Notes: a model not told the origin generated them from the sequence alone. A stretch of 64,000 nucleotides of DNA from Alloascoidea hylecoeti (GCA_001600815.1 BCKZ01000001.1:1397389-1461388); one strand, 5' to 3'; shown: positions 38,325-49,873, numbered from the stretch's first letter. Numbers and translations are program-made.

Positions 38325-38966
38325 ATGGTAAGCATCGAATTCGTATATTTATATTGAAAATATATCTTAACTAATTATCACATTTCTCTTTATTCAAAGG
38401 ACTCAAGGAAACCCTCACTTAGAACTCGCCAACTTAGGAAACTTCAAAAAGAGCTTAAAATATCCGAAATTGAACAAGCAAACGAAGAAATTCCTCTAGA
38501 AGTAGAAGATTCTTTTTTAGATGCCTATAATATTGTTTCAACTAAAGATGGTGACATTACAATGAATGGAGTTAAGGAAATATTGGCTGTTATGAATATT
38601 GATCAAGATAATTTAACAAATTCTGAATTAATGGAAATCGAAATTCCAAATACAGGAATTGTTGATTTTGATAAATTATTAAAATTAGTTGCAAAATTAA
38701 GTAGGAGACAGGATTCTAAACATCTCATTGAAGATGACTTTTCTTTATTTTTACAAGCAGCTAATGATTATAGTTATAGCAACTCCCATAAGTTAAATCA
38801 ACAAGTTATATCACTCGATAAATTAAAGAAGATAGCATCAAATTTACATGATGATAACGTTTCTGAAGAAGATCTTCTTCGAATGATACAAGCAATTACA
38901 GATGGTAAAGATTCTGTTACATATGGAGATTTCGCAAGATTATTAGAGGATTTAGGAGAAATATAA
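38325..38966 (+). CDS. RAD33: Nucleotide excision repair factor Rad33 (EF-hand-like); exon 1 is ATG only (38325-38327), exon 2 is 38400-38966
   Basis: ATG|GTAAGC..AACTAAT..AAG. Product has IPLEVEDSFLDAY, TGIVDFDKL and MIQAITDGK..VTYGDFARLLEDLG, matching recalled Rad33 blocks (VPIEVEDEILEKY, TDVIDFTKL, ATDGK..TYLDF). Confidence 0.8.
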
Positions 38967-39110
38967 CTTGATATATTTTATAAATTATAAAATACGAACA
39001 AAAATTATAAATGACATGTTGTATTTATTATAGCACTGCCATTATTATATTTTCTTCTTTAAGCTTTTTGTAAAATATAAGAGTAAACAACGATTTCAAA
39101 TAGATACAGT

Positions 39111-40054
39111 TTAAATGATATGTTTTGCCCTATAGATATAACATTAGTTTCAACATCAAAAAGATACAGCAATACAATTGCAACCAAAAGGACATACCTG
39201 AAATAAGATCGTAAATAAGCAACCTGCCATAAACCAAATCCAACCAAAGCAATAATAATACCAATTGAAAAGTTTCGTACTCTTCTATTTGTACTTTCAT
39301 TTGTATCTCTAAGTCTTTCTTCACGAGCTCTTAAATATCCCATTTCACGAACGATTTCATCCGCTAATTCTTCAATTCTACGAAGTTCTTTTTCACTTGG
39401 TTTTAATCGTTCTGCAGCTTGAATACTATTCCAATCACGGGCGTTAGCACCGATTTCAATCTCTAGTTCAATTTCACGGGTTTGTCGACCCCCTCTATTG
39501 TCTAAATAAGTAGTGTGTTAATAAAATCTAATAATTTGATTAATGACTGTATCAGATTAACATACTTTCTAAGAGATTTTCAAAACAAACATCAAAAGCA
39601 GCATCAGACAAGGCAGAAAAAGCGACTTTAACATTTCCCGCAAAATCCTAGAAATAAAAGTTAGTATTCATGTTTCATAATAATAATTTCATTTCTACAT
39701 CCAGCAAATAGAAGTAGAAATATATAAAGATGATAGTAAAAAACATACCCTTTTCTTTCTATATTCATTACCAACAGAATCAGCAATCTAAAATAATTAC
39801 AAGTTAGTATTATCATTTCATCCCGAACCAAATCAGACATATAAGCATACATTAAAATTTAAAACTTGTCCATCACCAACCGAACCAGAAGATTTAATAT
39901 TAACAACAACTAAAGTATGTGCCGAGACGAAATCTCGGATACAAATGGGTGGAGCACCGCGACCCAAAGCAGGAACATCAAATTTCAAGGCCTGAACCGT
40001 TGATGAAGACAATATTAATGTCAAAAAAGCATTAAATAAAAATTGAAAACGCAT
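39111..40054 (-). CDS. ERV25: p24 delta cargo receptor, 5 exons (40054-39851, 39787-39749, 39647-39566, 39501-39198, 39129-39111)
   Basis: Signal peptide, [34 protein letters not shown], a TM segment and tail YFRAKHII; four GT-AG introns keep the frame. Confidence 0.93.
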
Positions 40055-40235
40055 TATTTTTTCAGTTACTTCTAGTTTTTTCCAGTTGCTCAGTTTTTTT
40101 CAGTTTCTTCAGTTGATGAACTCCCTTTTGAATGTAACTTCCAGTTTGCTTTGAGAAAGTCAACTTTCTGATGCGTTGGTCGTTATTCTCTCTCTCAAGG
40201 CCGGGTAATCAACGTGTGTCTATAAGATATGCATA

Positions 40236-43200
40236 ATGCAGGTTGTGTTTTCTCATCCCCTTAAAAATTTAGAAAATCCTATGACTATATTAGAAGAAGA
40301 AGGATATACTTTTTTGCGTAGGTCCAAGGAGGGCGAGAGTCAATTGAGCGACTTAGAAAATAATATCACTCATAATAGTGATTTGGAGGACCACAGTGAT
40401 GAAAATAAACTAGAAGACAAGGATGATAAAGATGAGAATGAAGAAGAAGATGAGAAAGAGGATGAGGATGAGGATGAGGATGAGGATGAGGATGATGGAT
40501 TTGAAGAGCTTGCTAGAGTGTGTATTTATTATCAATACCTTGTCAATTGATGCTTGCAATTGTTGATTTTTACTAACAAATCCTAAACAACGTAAAGCAA
40601 CGCAAAAGAAGACGCACAGTAAATAAATTCCTGGATTATGAAGCAGAAGTTGATAAAGATGATGAAGAATTTGATGATGAAGATGAACTCTTAGAAGGAA
40701 GCGATTTCATCTCTGAAACTGGTCAAGTGGAAATTTCAAGCCAAGATGATAGACTTCATAGAGAAGTTGATCGTAAAAGGGAACAACTTGCAGGACGAGA
40801 CGCAGAAATAATAGCTGCAGAATTGAAAGAAAGACATGGCAGAACATCAAGTTCAAAATATCGTGGAGATTCAAATGTTATTTCTCAAAGATTATTATTA
40901 CCTTCTGTTAATGAGCCAAATATATGGTATGTTAGATGTAAGCCAGGAAAAGCAAAAGAATTAGTTCGCGCTGTTTTAAGGAAAAAATTAAGTTTACAAA
41001 ATTCTGCAAAGCCACTAGAAATATTTTCTTGTTTTGAAAGATTTGGTTTTAATAATTATTTATATATTGAAGCAAGAAAACATGAAACTGTTGAGTATGC
41101 AATAAATGGTTTAGTTAATATTTATAAATCTAAAAAATCCATGGTGCCTGTTAAAGAATATATTGATCTATTAAGTACAGTTAAAATAAATGAAGTGATT
41201 CTAACTCCTGATCGTACATTAGTTCGAATTAAACGTGGTAAATATATTGGAGATTTAGCAATTGTTAAAAATTTATCTGAAAATGGTTTAGAAGTGGAAT
41301 TAAAATTAGTACCAAGATTAGATTATGGAAAATTTAATCATAATGACGGATCAGGAGGAGAAAGTGCTAATAAAAGAAGTAATAATTCATCAAAAAATCG
41401 ACCACAACAAAGATTATTTTCTGAACAAGAAGCATCACAATATGACTATAAACATTTACAAAGAAGAGGGAATGGTTCTTTTTTTTATAGAAATGAATAT
41501 TATGATCATGGTTATCTTCTTAAAGATTTTAAAATCACACTTATTGAAGCTAAAAATATTGTACCAAAATTAGAGGAATTAACACTTTTAGATATAAATT
41601 CAGAAGATGGGGTTGATTATCATCTAATTAAAGAATTTGCAAAACAATCTGCTACTTGTGGTACTAATTTCCAGCCCGGTGACAGAATTGCTATAATTGA
41701 TGGTGAACAATCAGGTTTAGAAGGTGTTGTTCATTCATCACAACAAGATATTGTTTCTTTATTAGTCGAATCATTCAATCATAAAGAGTTACAAGGTCAA
41801 AAAATTGATGTACCATCAGGAAATTTAAGAAAAATATTTAGAATCGGTGATCATGTTAAAGTAATTCATGGGAAACATTTAGATGATACTGGACTTGTTT
41901 TAGAAACTAAAAATGATCTAGTTACATTACTTAGTGATCTTTCGAATAATCAAATTACAATTTTTTCTAATTTTTTAATTAGTACTTCTGATTCTGGTGG
42001 TATTAATTCTGTTGGTAGATATGAATTATACGATTTAGTTGAAATAACACCTCAATTAGTTGGTGTAATTGTTAAAGCTGAAAGAGAGAGGCTTTCTGTT
42101 TTATGTCAAGATAAACAAATTCGTCATGCCGAACCGGCTTCCATTCCTTTTAAAATTAATAAAGAGTCATTCTGTACTGATCATGGTGGTTTAGATATCC
42201 GAATTGGTGATACAGTTAAAGAAATAATAGGTGAAAGAAGACAAGGTATTATTTTACATATTTATCGTTCAACTTTATTTTTACATTCAAGCAAGATACA
42301 TGAAAATCTTGGTGTATTTGTTGTAGATTCATCAAATGTTGGTACGATTGCTGCAAAACATGCTCGTGTTTCAAGAGTTGGTGTTGATTTAGATAAAATG
42401 AATCCGAAAATGCAAATTGGAAACATGGAAGCTCCAATGAATATTCCTAAACAAGGTGGTAGAGATCGAACAATTAATCAACGTGTTAGAGTTCGTTTAG
42501 GCCCATATAAAGGAATGATGGGTATAATTAAAGATGCAACAGATGATACAGCAAGAGTTGAACTTCATGCTAAAAATAAAATTATAAGTATTAATAAAGA
42601 TAAATTAACATTTTTTGATATTTCTAGTGTGCCTATTAGCTATCAAGAATTTGTAACTCCAAGAAAAATGTTAGGTAGTGCTTCTTTACCACAATATAAA
42701 GGCCCTTTAACACCAACATGGAGTATTACTGGAGGTAGAACCCCTGCCTGGGCATCTACTAATGCTAGAACTCCTGTTTGGGGTACTGGAGGAAAAACAC
42801 CATCTTGGGGTAGTACCACTGGATCACGTACACCAGCCTTTGGTAGTCTAACTCCCAGTTATGGTTTCGGAGGAAATAGAACACCAATGTTTGGCCAAGG
42901 AGGTAGTAGAACGCCAAAATATGGAGGAAACAAAACACCTTCTTGGGAATCTAATGGTGGTAGAACACCAGGGGGGAGGACACCTTCTTGGGCTATATCT
43001 GGATGGGGCGAGGGTGGTTACAAAACACCATCTGGACATCGTTCAGCATGGGATCCAAACACCACTGGTATCTCATCTGGAACTGGGCACCGATCTGCAT
43101 GGGATCCAAACTCTACTTCATCTGGTGGTGCCTGGGGTGAAGAACCACCAACACCTGCAATTTCAAGCATTGGGGGATCGTGGTCTGATCACAATTCAAC

Positions 43201-43417
43201 ACGAGGCATACCAACAACAGTAGAAACCCCTGGAATGTATAATGCTGAAACTGATCCAGTTCGTTGGAGTGAACAGGAGAATGAAAATGAAAATGAAAAT
43301 GAAAATGAAAATGAAAATGAAAATGAAAATGAAAATGAAGGCATAAGTGAAGATGAGGAGGAATATAATAATGCTGATACTGAAGCTCATTATTTACCAG
43401 AAGATTATTCTGAATAA
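40236..43417 (+). CDS. SPT5: Transcription elongation factor Spt5, 2 exons (intron 40518-40597)
   Basis: Acidic N-terminus, NKFLDYEAEV, NGN domain (LLLPSVNEPNIW..CKPGK), KOW motifs and GGRTPxW C-terminal repeats. Start could be 40281. Confidence 0.93.
43277..43339 (+). repeat. (GAAAAT)n hexamer encoding (EN)10 in the SPT5 tail
   Basis: gagaat followed by nine gaaaat units. Confidence 0.9.
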
Positions 43418-43779
43418 TATTTATTGTAATATTATTGTACTTTTAAGGAAACTATATTATATGAAAAGTTAAGTCTTAGCTTGAACAAATTGCTATATAT
43501 TTAATATGTTGTTGATTGCATTTGATTTTTGTTATTTATGTAGAGTATACAATATATATGAATAATGAATAATGAATAATTAATGATGTTTAATTGTAAG
43601 TTAATACTAATTATGTATATTTAAAATAACAAAAAGAATTAATTAGTGCTATGATACCATTCTTTTTGCCATTTTATGGTATTCATTTCACGGCGTTATA
43701 TTAGTGTATTCACTGCACCAAAAATGTAGTGTACCATCGTTACTACAAATGTTAATATTAACATGTATTATCTAATTGG

Positions 43780-44710
43780 TTAAGAATTATCTTCAATAAT
43801 AATAATCCAATAGACGCATTTCGGCACTATAAAGTGACATATACCAATCCTGAAGAAATCAGATTGCAGATTAGCAGTAATGCATACCAACTTTTAGGTA
43901 CAAGGAGAGTTTCTATAACCCCCAATTCTTTTCGCGCATTAATGCTAATCTAAATCTCAGACTGGTGCGATTGGATATGAGAAATATTCAGACGACCTTA
44001 TTCTTATATGTTAGGCAGGGTAATTGAACGCGTTTCCAGTGAATTCACAAGAGAAGAGAAACCCCGATTAATGAATGTATTGACATCGTCATTGATACAT
44101 TTGGCTTCGTGAGCATGATGTTGTATGTATCGTCCTTCGCAATTATGTTAATCACATTTAAAATATCAGTACCTTCGTTCCCTAGAGAACATACTTTAAA
44201 TTGCCTCCTCGTCATTTTAGACTCCGACTGAAGTTTATACTGTTCAATCCACCACAGTTTGCTTCTTGAACATTTATAAACACCCGGTGAAACAACCAGA
44301 GCTATCTGTATATGCTCTGTCAATTCTAGCAGGTGAATTCGGCTCTATCGCTGAACATACATTTGCAATTGACTTAGAATTCTTCTCACTAAACATGCAA
44401 TATTGGTCTATTAGTTTTACGGCTGTTGAACTCGAAGTTTCTAACTAGACTTTTTTTGTGTTCATGTTGGATACTGTATCAATAGGTGCTACATTCATTT
44501 TATATTCTTTCTCTACCTCAATTTTCGGAGCCTCTATTTCGGAGGCAAAGATAAGATCCAACATATTCCTCTATGATATGTAGGGATATCTGAATGCTAG
44601 ATGATTGTTTTCACGCCATTCATTCAACAAAGTCTTTGGTTGCTGTATAGTATTTAGTATTACTGTTCCACAGCTAGAGATGAATATTAAGATCATGTTT
44701 CGTTAGCCAA
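43780..44710. pseudogene. Degenerate coding relic of unknown origin
   Basis: Minus frame about 44700-44270 is open except for a few stops (...IFASEIEAPKIEVEKEYKMNVAPIDT...). A plus frame about 43800-44110 is also mostly open. GC is higher than the flanks. Confidence 0.35.
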
Positions 44711-45221
44711 TAATTCCAAAGCCTTGGTTAAAATAGTGTTTTTTGTAGATTGCTTTGGCAACTTTAATCATAACACACACTTTCCAAATCGGTTCTACAG
44801 ACTACAAGTTTTTCTACTTGGGTATCATGTTCAGTGTCATTAAAATAAAATAGATTCTTATTTTTGGTAATTAATAATCTCCTTAAAGGAAATGATGATC
44901 GAATAAAATTTCTTATTATTAGATATGAGTAGTGTGGGGAGAACAACTAATTTAGCATTATTCGCTTCATCAATATGTGTTTTTTTCAATGTTTGATATA
45001 GTGTGAAAATTTCTACTTGTGAGATGAATATTGTAATTCCTAATTATTTTGACTAAATATATTGTATGAAATAAATATTGGTAATTCCATTTTTAGTTAT
45101 TTATTTCGACTAATTATATGTATGACAAAGTATATAAAGACCCCCCTTTTCTCTCGTTTTTAACTTTATAATATCTACAAATTTAAATCAATTATATTAT
45201 CAATATTTAATAAAAAACAAG

Positions 45222-45899
45222 ATGATGCCTCATATGAAATGCCCACAACCAATTTATCTTGGTCAAGACAGCCCAAGAAATTCTAATGATAATGATGATA
45301 TCCCACAAACACAAGGGTTCAGAGAAAATAAAATGATGAGATACCCTCCAAGATATTTCAGTCAAGATTTCCCAAGATATACTAATAATAATGATGAAAT
45401 CCCACAATGGTTCAAAGAATATAAAATGAAAACAGATCGAGAAATTAATGATTTAAAACGTCAAGTAAACATTTTATCAAATAGACAAAGAGGTAATGGT
45501 CATGTTTATCCATATCTTTCAATAACTAATGATGATGGTAGAGAACCTCCACATAGTTTCCCAATTTTGTCATCAGTTGATTGTTTTAGAAATTTATCTG
45601 ATGACGAAGTTCTAAAATATTTAAGATTTTATAAGTTAAGGGAAGATAATGTTAAATCAAATAGGTATAATTTGGCAAGATTTTGTGGTTGTACTTCTGG
45701 GGAATATTTATTACAAAAAAAGTACGCTTATATGTCTGAGGAAGTAGCTAAGGATCCTATTAAAAAAGAAGAGACTGAAGAGGATGAAGCGATTGAAAAG
45801 GATGAAGAAGATTCTGAGAGTGAAGGCTGTATTATCGATAAGGATTCAGATGAGCTATTATATGAATCTTCAAAGAATTCAACAACATTTGTATGGTAA
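45222..45899 (+). CDS. Mug135/Tdk1-like C-terminal domain (DUF1773-type) protein
   Basis: Pattern IPQWF, short coiled coil, N...G...PY..I...DG.EP...FP.L.SV.....L......YL.FY.L........LARFCG matches my recollection of the Mug135_C family. Intronless, with TATA-like tatataaag at 45131. Confidence 0.65.
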   Translation: MMPHMKCPQPIYLGQDSPRNSNDNDDIPQTQGFRENKMMRYPPRYFSQDFPRYTNNNDEIPQWFKEYKMKTDREINDLKRQVNILSNRQRGNGHVYPYLSITNDDGREPPHSFPILSSVDCFRNLSDDEVLKYLRFYKLREDNVKSNRYNLARFCGCTSGEYLLQKKYAYMSEEVAKDPIKKEETEEDEAIEKDEEDSESEGCIIDKDSDELLYESSKNSTTFVW

Positions 45900-46088
45900 A
45901 TAAAACTTCAGTATTAAACCAATACTATTATATCTATGAAATTATATTAATACTATTATATCTATATCAATATCTATTTAATCTATGAAATTATATAAAA
46001 AATAAAAATAAGCAAAATAAGTATATTTTGTTTAACAACACTAAAAAAATCTTAGTAATACTGTACTCACATCCATAGTAATATTAAT

Positions 46089-46835
46089 ATGTCTGTCACG
46101 GTAAGTCCAATTATAAAAATCATTGTAAATACCCAAACTAACACAATCATTGTAGTTACATACAGACGTTGGAGATTTAAAAATTGAAATATTCTGTGAT
46201 GAATGTCCCAAAACTGCTGAAGTATGCTCTTTTTTTTGAATATAATTTTCATGATATAACATATTAATATCAAACATCGAAGAACTTCTTAGCACATTGT
46301 GCACAAGGAACATACGATAATACAAAAATTGTTAGGAATATTAAAGGATTTATGGTTCAAATGGGTGATCCTACAAATACAGGTAAAGGTGGAGAATCTA
46401 TTTGGGGTGAACCATTTGAAGATGAAATTAATCCAAATTTTAGACATGATTCAAGGGTATGTTTTTTTACAACCACAATAAAATAAAATTTTACAATTAT
46501 ATATTTATATTAATCATTATATTTTAGGGAGTTGTTTCAATGGCTAATTCTGGTCCAGATACAAACGGTAGTCAGTTTTTCATTGTAAGTTTTTCATAAA
46601 CAAATAATATACACGAATTGAAAACTAACCATACACGATAAAGACATATGATAAACAAGTAACATTAGATGGAAAATATACAATTTTTGGAAAAGTAATA
46701 TATGGAGCATCATCATCAGAAGAAAGTACTTTATCGAAACTTGAAGATTTACCGGTTGATCGTAAAAATCGACCAAAACCTTCAATTTATCTTAAAAATG
46801 TTACAATTCATGCCAATCCTCTTGCTGAACATTAA
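46089..46835 (+). CDS. CYP10: PPIL3/CYP10-type cyclophilin, 5 exons (46089-46100, 46156-46221, 46283-46456, 46528-46584, 46644-46835); absent from the ORF track
   Basis: Spliced product MSVTLHTDVGDLKIEIFC..PKTAENFLAHCA...RNIKGFMVQMGDPT.TGKGGESIWG...SMANSGPDTNGSQFFITY...VTIHANPLA; all four introns are phase 0. Confidence 0.93.
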
Positions 46836-46913
46836 TTAATAATATATAATTAAATTATAATGATAAAGTATATACATTTTCTTTTTTTTATAATATCAAA
46901 TATATAATGGGAT

Positions 46914-47301
46914 TTATTTCTTTTTAGCAGCTTTTGCTTCTTGTGTTTTTCTATGTTTTGCAGCTTCATCTAAATGAAGATATGCCCACATTGATTTTGC
47001 TTTATCTGGTGCTCCTCCTCTTTTTTTAGATTCTGTGAATAAAACATGTCGTTTTGCTTTTTAAAATGTAAACGTGTTAGCCATAACACATATAACAAGA
47101 AATATAAATGAGTTCATACCTATTGGATCATATCTAACTTGACTAACGGCAGGACAAGTTCTTGGCCTTGTAAGTGTTCGAATATAACCAGTCTTTGCTG
47201 ATGAAATTAATTTAATGATTGTTGTTCTTGCTTTTGCTTCTTTAAACAAAGTTAGAGTGTTATTTATTATATTTATTAGAATATTTCTTACTTCCTGCCA
47301 T
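46914..47301 (-). CDS. MRPL39: Mitochondrial ribosomal protein bL33m, 3 exons (47301-47292, 47239-47120, 47056-46914)
   Basis: Spliced product MAGKAKARTTIIKLISSAKTGY...VRYDPIAKRHVLFTESKK. Confidence 0.88.
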
Positions 47302-47432
47302 TTTGTTGATATTTTATTTGAAATTTGTTGTTTCGACTGAATCTTCAATTTTTCATTTTCTAATACAAACACCCATAACTCATAACTTACTTAACCTCCT
47401 AAATATAACATAAAGAGACAAAGTTGATTTTA

Positions 47433-48323
47433 ATGGCGATTAAAAGAAAGGCACCTTCAGAAGTGTCAAAGAGAAATGTCAGACCAATAACTTCTTTTTT
47501 CAAAAAAGCAGGAGTTGTTGGCCATGCTGGTCCAAAAGATTTAAATACAACTACAACTACAGATACAACTTTTAATAAACAAGAATGGATTAATAATTTA
47601 TCACCAGAGAATAAAACTTTATTAAAACTGGAAATTGAAACAATTGATGATTCTTGGTTTCAAGTACTTTCTAAAGAGTTTACAAAACCATATTTTTTGA
47701 ATTTAAAGAAATTTTTAAAAACTGAATTTAAGGGGAAAACCCCTATATTTCCACCATCAAATGATATTTATTCATGGACGCGTTTAACACCGTTTGATCA
47801 GGTTAAAATAGTTATATTAGGCCAAGATCCATACCACAATTTCAATCAAGCACATGGTTTAGCATTTTCAGTAAAACCACCAACTGTGGCACCACCATCG
47901 TTGAAAAATATGTATAAGGCTTTAAAAATTGACTATCCAAGTTTTGAAGTTCCCACAACGGGTGAATTAACTAAATGGGCCAAACAAGGTGTTTTATTGT
48001 TAAATACATGTTTAACCGTCCGAGCCCATCAAGCAAACTCGCATTCTGGGCACGGATGGGAAACGTTTACCGAGAAGGTTATATCGCTGGTTGCTGAAAA
48101 GAAAGAAGGAGTGGTGTTCATGGCTTGGGGGAATCCAGCTGGGAAGCGTGTGGATAAGATTTCCAGTGAGGTGAAAAAAAAACATTTGATCCTGAAGTCG
48201 GTTCATCCGAGTCCGTTAAGTGCCTCGAGGGGATATTTCACATGTGGGCATTATAAAAAGAGCAACGAGTGGTTGGAGGAGAAATTCGGGAAAAAAGCAG
48301 TTATCGATTGGACTTTAGCGTAG
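47433..48323 (+). CDS. UNG1: Uracil-DNA glycosylase
   Basis: Motifs GQDPYH, AHGLAFSV, GVLLLN and HPSPLS; PIP-like ITSFF near the N-terminus. Confidence 0.97.
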   Translation: MAIKRKAPSEVSKRNVRPITSFFKKAGVVGHAGPKDLNTTTTTDTTFNKQEWINNLSPENKTLLKLEIETIDDSWFQVLSKEFTKPYFLNLKKFLKTEFKGKTPIFPPSNDIYSWTRLTPFDQVKIVILGQDPYHNFNQAHGLAFSVKPPTVAPPSLKNMYKALKIDYPSFEVPTTGELTKWAKQGVLLLNTCLTVRAHQANSHSGHGWETFTEKVISLVAEKKEGVVFMAWGNPAGKRVDKISSEVKKKHLILKSVHPSPLSASRGYFTCGHYKKSNEWLEEKFGKKAVIDWTLA

Positions 48324-48424
48324 ATTTATTATGTCTTACTTTATTTCGCCTCACCTGCTCCTTTTCTTTTAAAATTTACTTTTTCGTAGATTATCTAAAC
48401 ATCTCAATATAAATACATTTTCCC

Positions 48425-49672
48425 ATGGGACTGTTTGGTTTTAATAACAAACCAAAGCCGGAAGCCGTTCCCGAGCGACCCACTGGTGCTGGCACCGGTG
48501 ATGGTGCTGGTGAGGTTGGTGTGGCTGGGGTGGTTCGTGAAGATTCAACCTACACAAGAAATGTGAATGCAACTGGAAGCAACATGGCAATACGAGCAAA
48601 TCAAAGTGGTCAACAGGAACAAATATCGATGTTAGAAGATGCCATTCGCGAACTCTCTTCGAACACCGCTCAGGCTCTCGATAAAGCTGCAGAATTTGAA
48701 GACAAACTAGCTCAAACAACAAAGCAACTGAATAAGGTTACACAAGAACGCGATGAACTTATTAAACAGAAGGAAGAAAAAGATTTAATTAAACACAAAT
48801 CTAAAGAATCTCAAGATTCCCAAACCTCAAATATAAGTGTTAATACAATAAATAGTAGCACTTCAACAGTTTCAAATTATTCAAGTTCAACTGCTCAAAC
48901 CTCGGTTGGTGAGAATGATGTCAAATCTATTTCGGTTGGACCATTAACTCCGACAAAACAAAATCCTATAATCGAAACTTCAGATGTGATCATTCAAACT
49001 GATGATATAGCAAAGAAAACTTCCGATTCAACTATTCAAACTGACGAAGCAAAGATAACTAGTATAATCACACAAACGGATGAAATAATACATACACCTG
49101 AACCCCAACTTAAAAATATTAATAATAGCAAACAACTTCAACTTGAAAAAGAAATCGAAGCCCTTAAACAACAATCGTTAAAAGATCAATACGAATTATC
49201 AACTTTAAAAGATCAATACAAATTATTACAAAGTGATAATGATAGCCTACGAGAAACTAATAAATCATTACCGAATCGTGGACCTGAACGTCAACTATCA
49301 AATGAAAATATTGATCAATCTGATTTATCAAAATTAAGAAGCGAATTAGAATCATTAAAAATTGATAATGATAAATTAAGAGAAATTAATTCAATATCAT
49401 CAAATGAAAAAGAAATCATTTTATCAAAATATAACAAAATGAAACAGGAAATGACAAATATTTCTCAAAATTTATATTCAGAAGCTCAAGGTTTAGTTAA
49501 AGAAGAACAGCAAATTAGATTAAAAGTTGAAGAAAGATTGAATCAAAGTATGGAAAGAGAACAACGATTAAATTCAAGATTATTATTGGTTGAAAAAAGT
49601 TTAACTAATTTAAGATCTGCTAGAAGAATTTTGAATAAATCATCTCCAATTGATCCTTATTTTAATGTTTAA
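48425..49672 (+). CDS. Coiled-coil protein with a C-terminal Sec2p-GEF-like segment
   Basis: Heptad repeats; EMTNISQNLYSEAQGLV resembles the Sec2 motif ELEDLTASLFEEANKMV. Confidence 0.6.
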   Translation: MGLFGFNNKPKPEAVPERPTGAGTGDGAGEVGVAGVVREDSTYTRNVNATGSNMAIRANQSGQQEQISMLEDAIRELSSNTAQALDKAAEFEDKLAQTTKQLNKVTQERDELIKQKEEKDLIKHKSKESQDSQTSNISVNTINSSTSTVSNYSSSTAQTSVGENDVKSISVGPLTPTKQNPIIETSDVIIQTDDIAKKTSDSTIQTDEAKITSIITQTDEIIHTPEPQLKNINNSKQLQLEKEIEALKQQSLKDQYELSTLKDQYKLLQSDNDSLRETNKSLPNRGPERQLSNENIDQSDLSKLRSELESLKIDNDKLREINSISSNEKEIILSKYNKMKQEMTNISQNLYSEAQGLVKEEQQIRLKVEERLNQSMEREQRLNSRLLLVEKSLTNLRSARRILNKSSPIDPYFNV

Positions 49673-49824
49673 TTATCTTTTTTTTTAAAGAAAAAGTGCA
49701 ATTTGAAATTGCTATTGTTTATAAAAAAATTTTACTATTTAAAGTTATTTTCAGCTAATACTAATATCTGGACAATTTAGCTATAGAGACTCTTATTATT
49801 CTTACTTACACCTTAATTCTCACT

Positions 49825-49828
<4 letters not shown>

Positions 49829-49872
<44 letters not shown>
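49829..49872 (+). repeat. (TTA)~14 microsatellite
   Basis: Perfect trinucleotide run. Confidence 0.92.

Positions 49873-49873
<1 letters not shown>

Noticed and set aside
44130..44360. Totivirus Gag-like words (VLRNYVNH, FGSI)
   Set aside because: They are in different frames, spacing does not match my recollection of L-A Gag, and intervening residues do not align.
44280..44370. hAT dimerisation-like string PELSVYALSILA..S..EHTF (and YPTLTKMA near 36945)
   Set aside because: The key P-x-S/T-S and ERxFS residues are absent or mis-spaced, and at 44.3 kb the opposite strand looks more coding-like.
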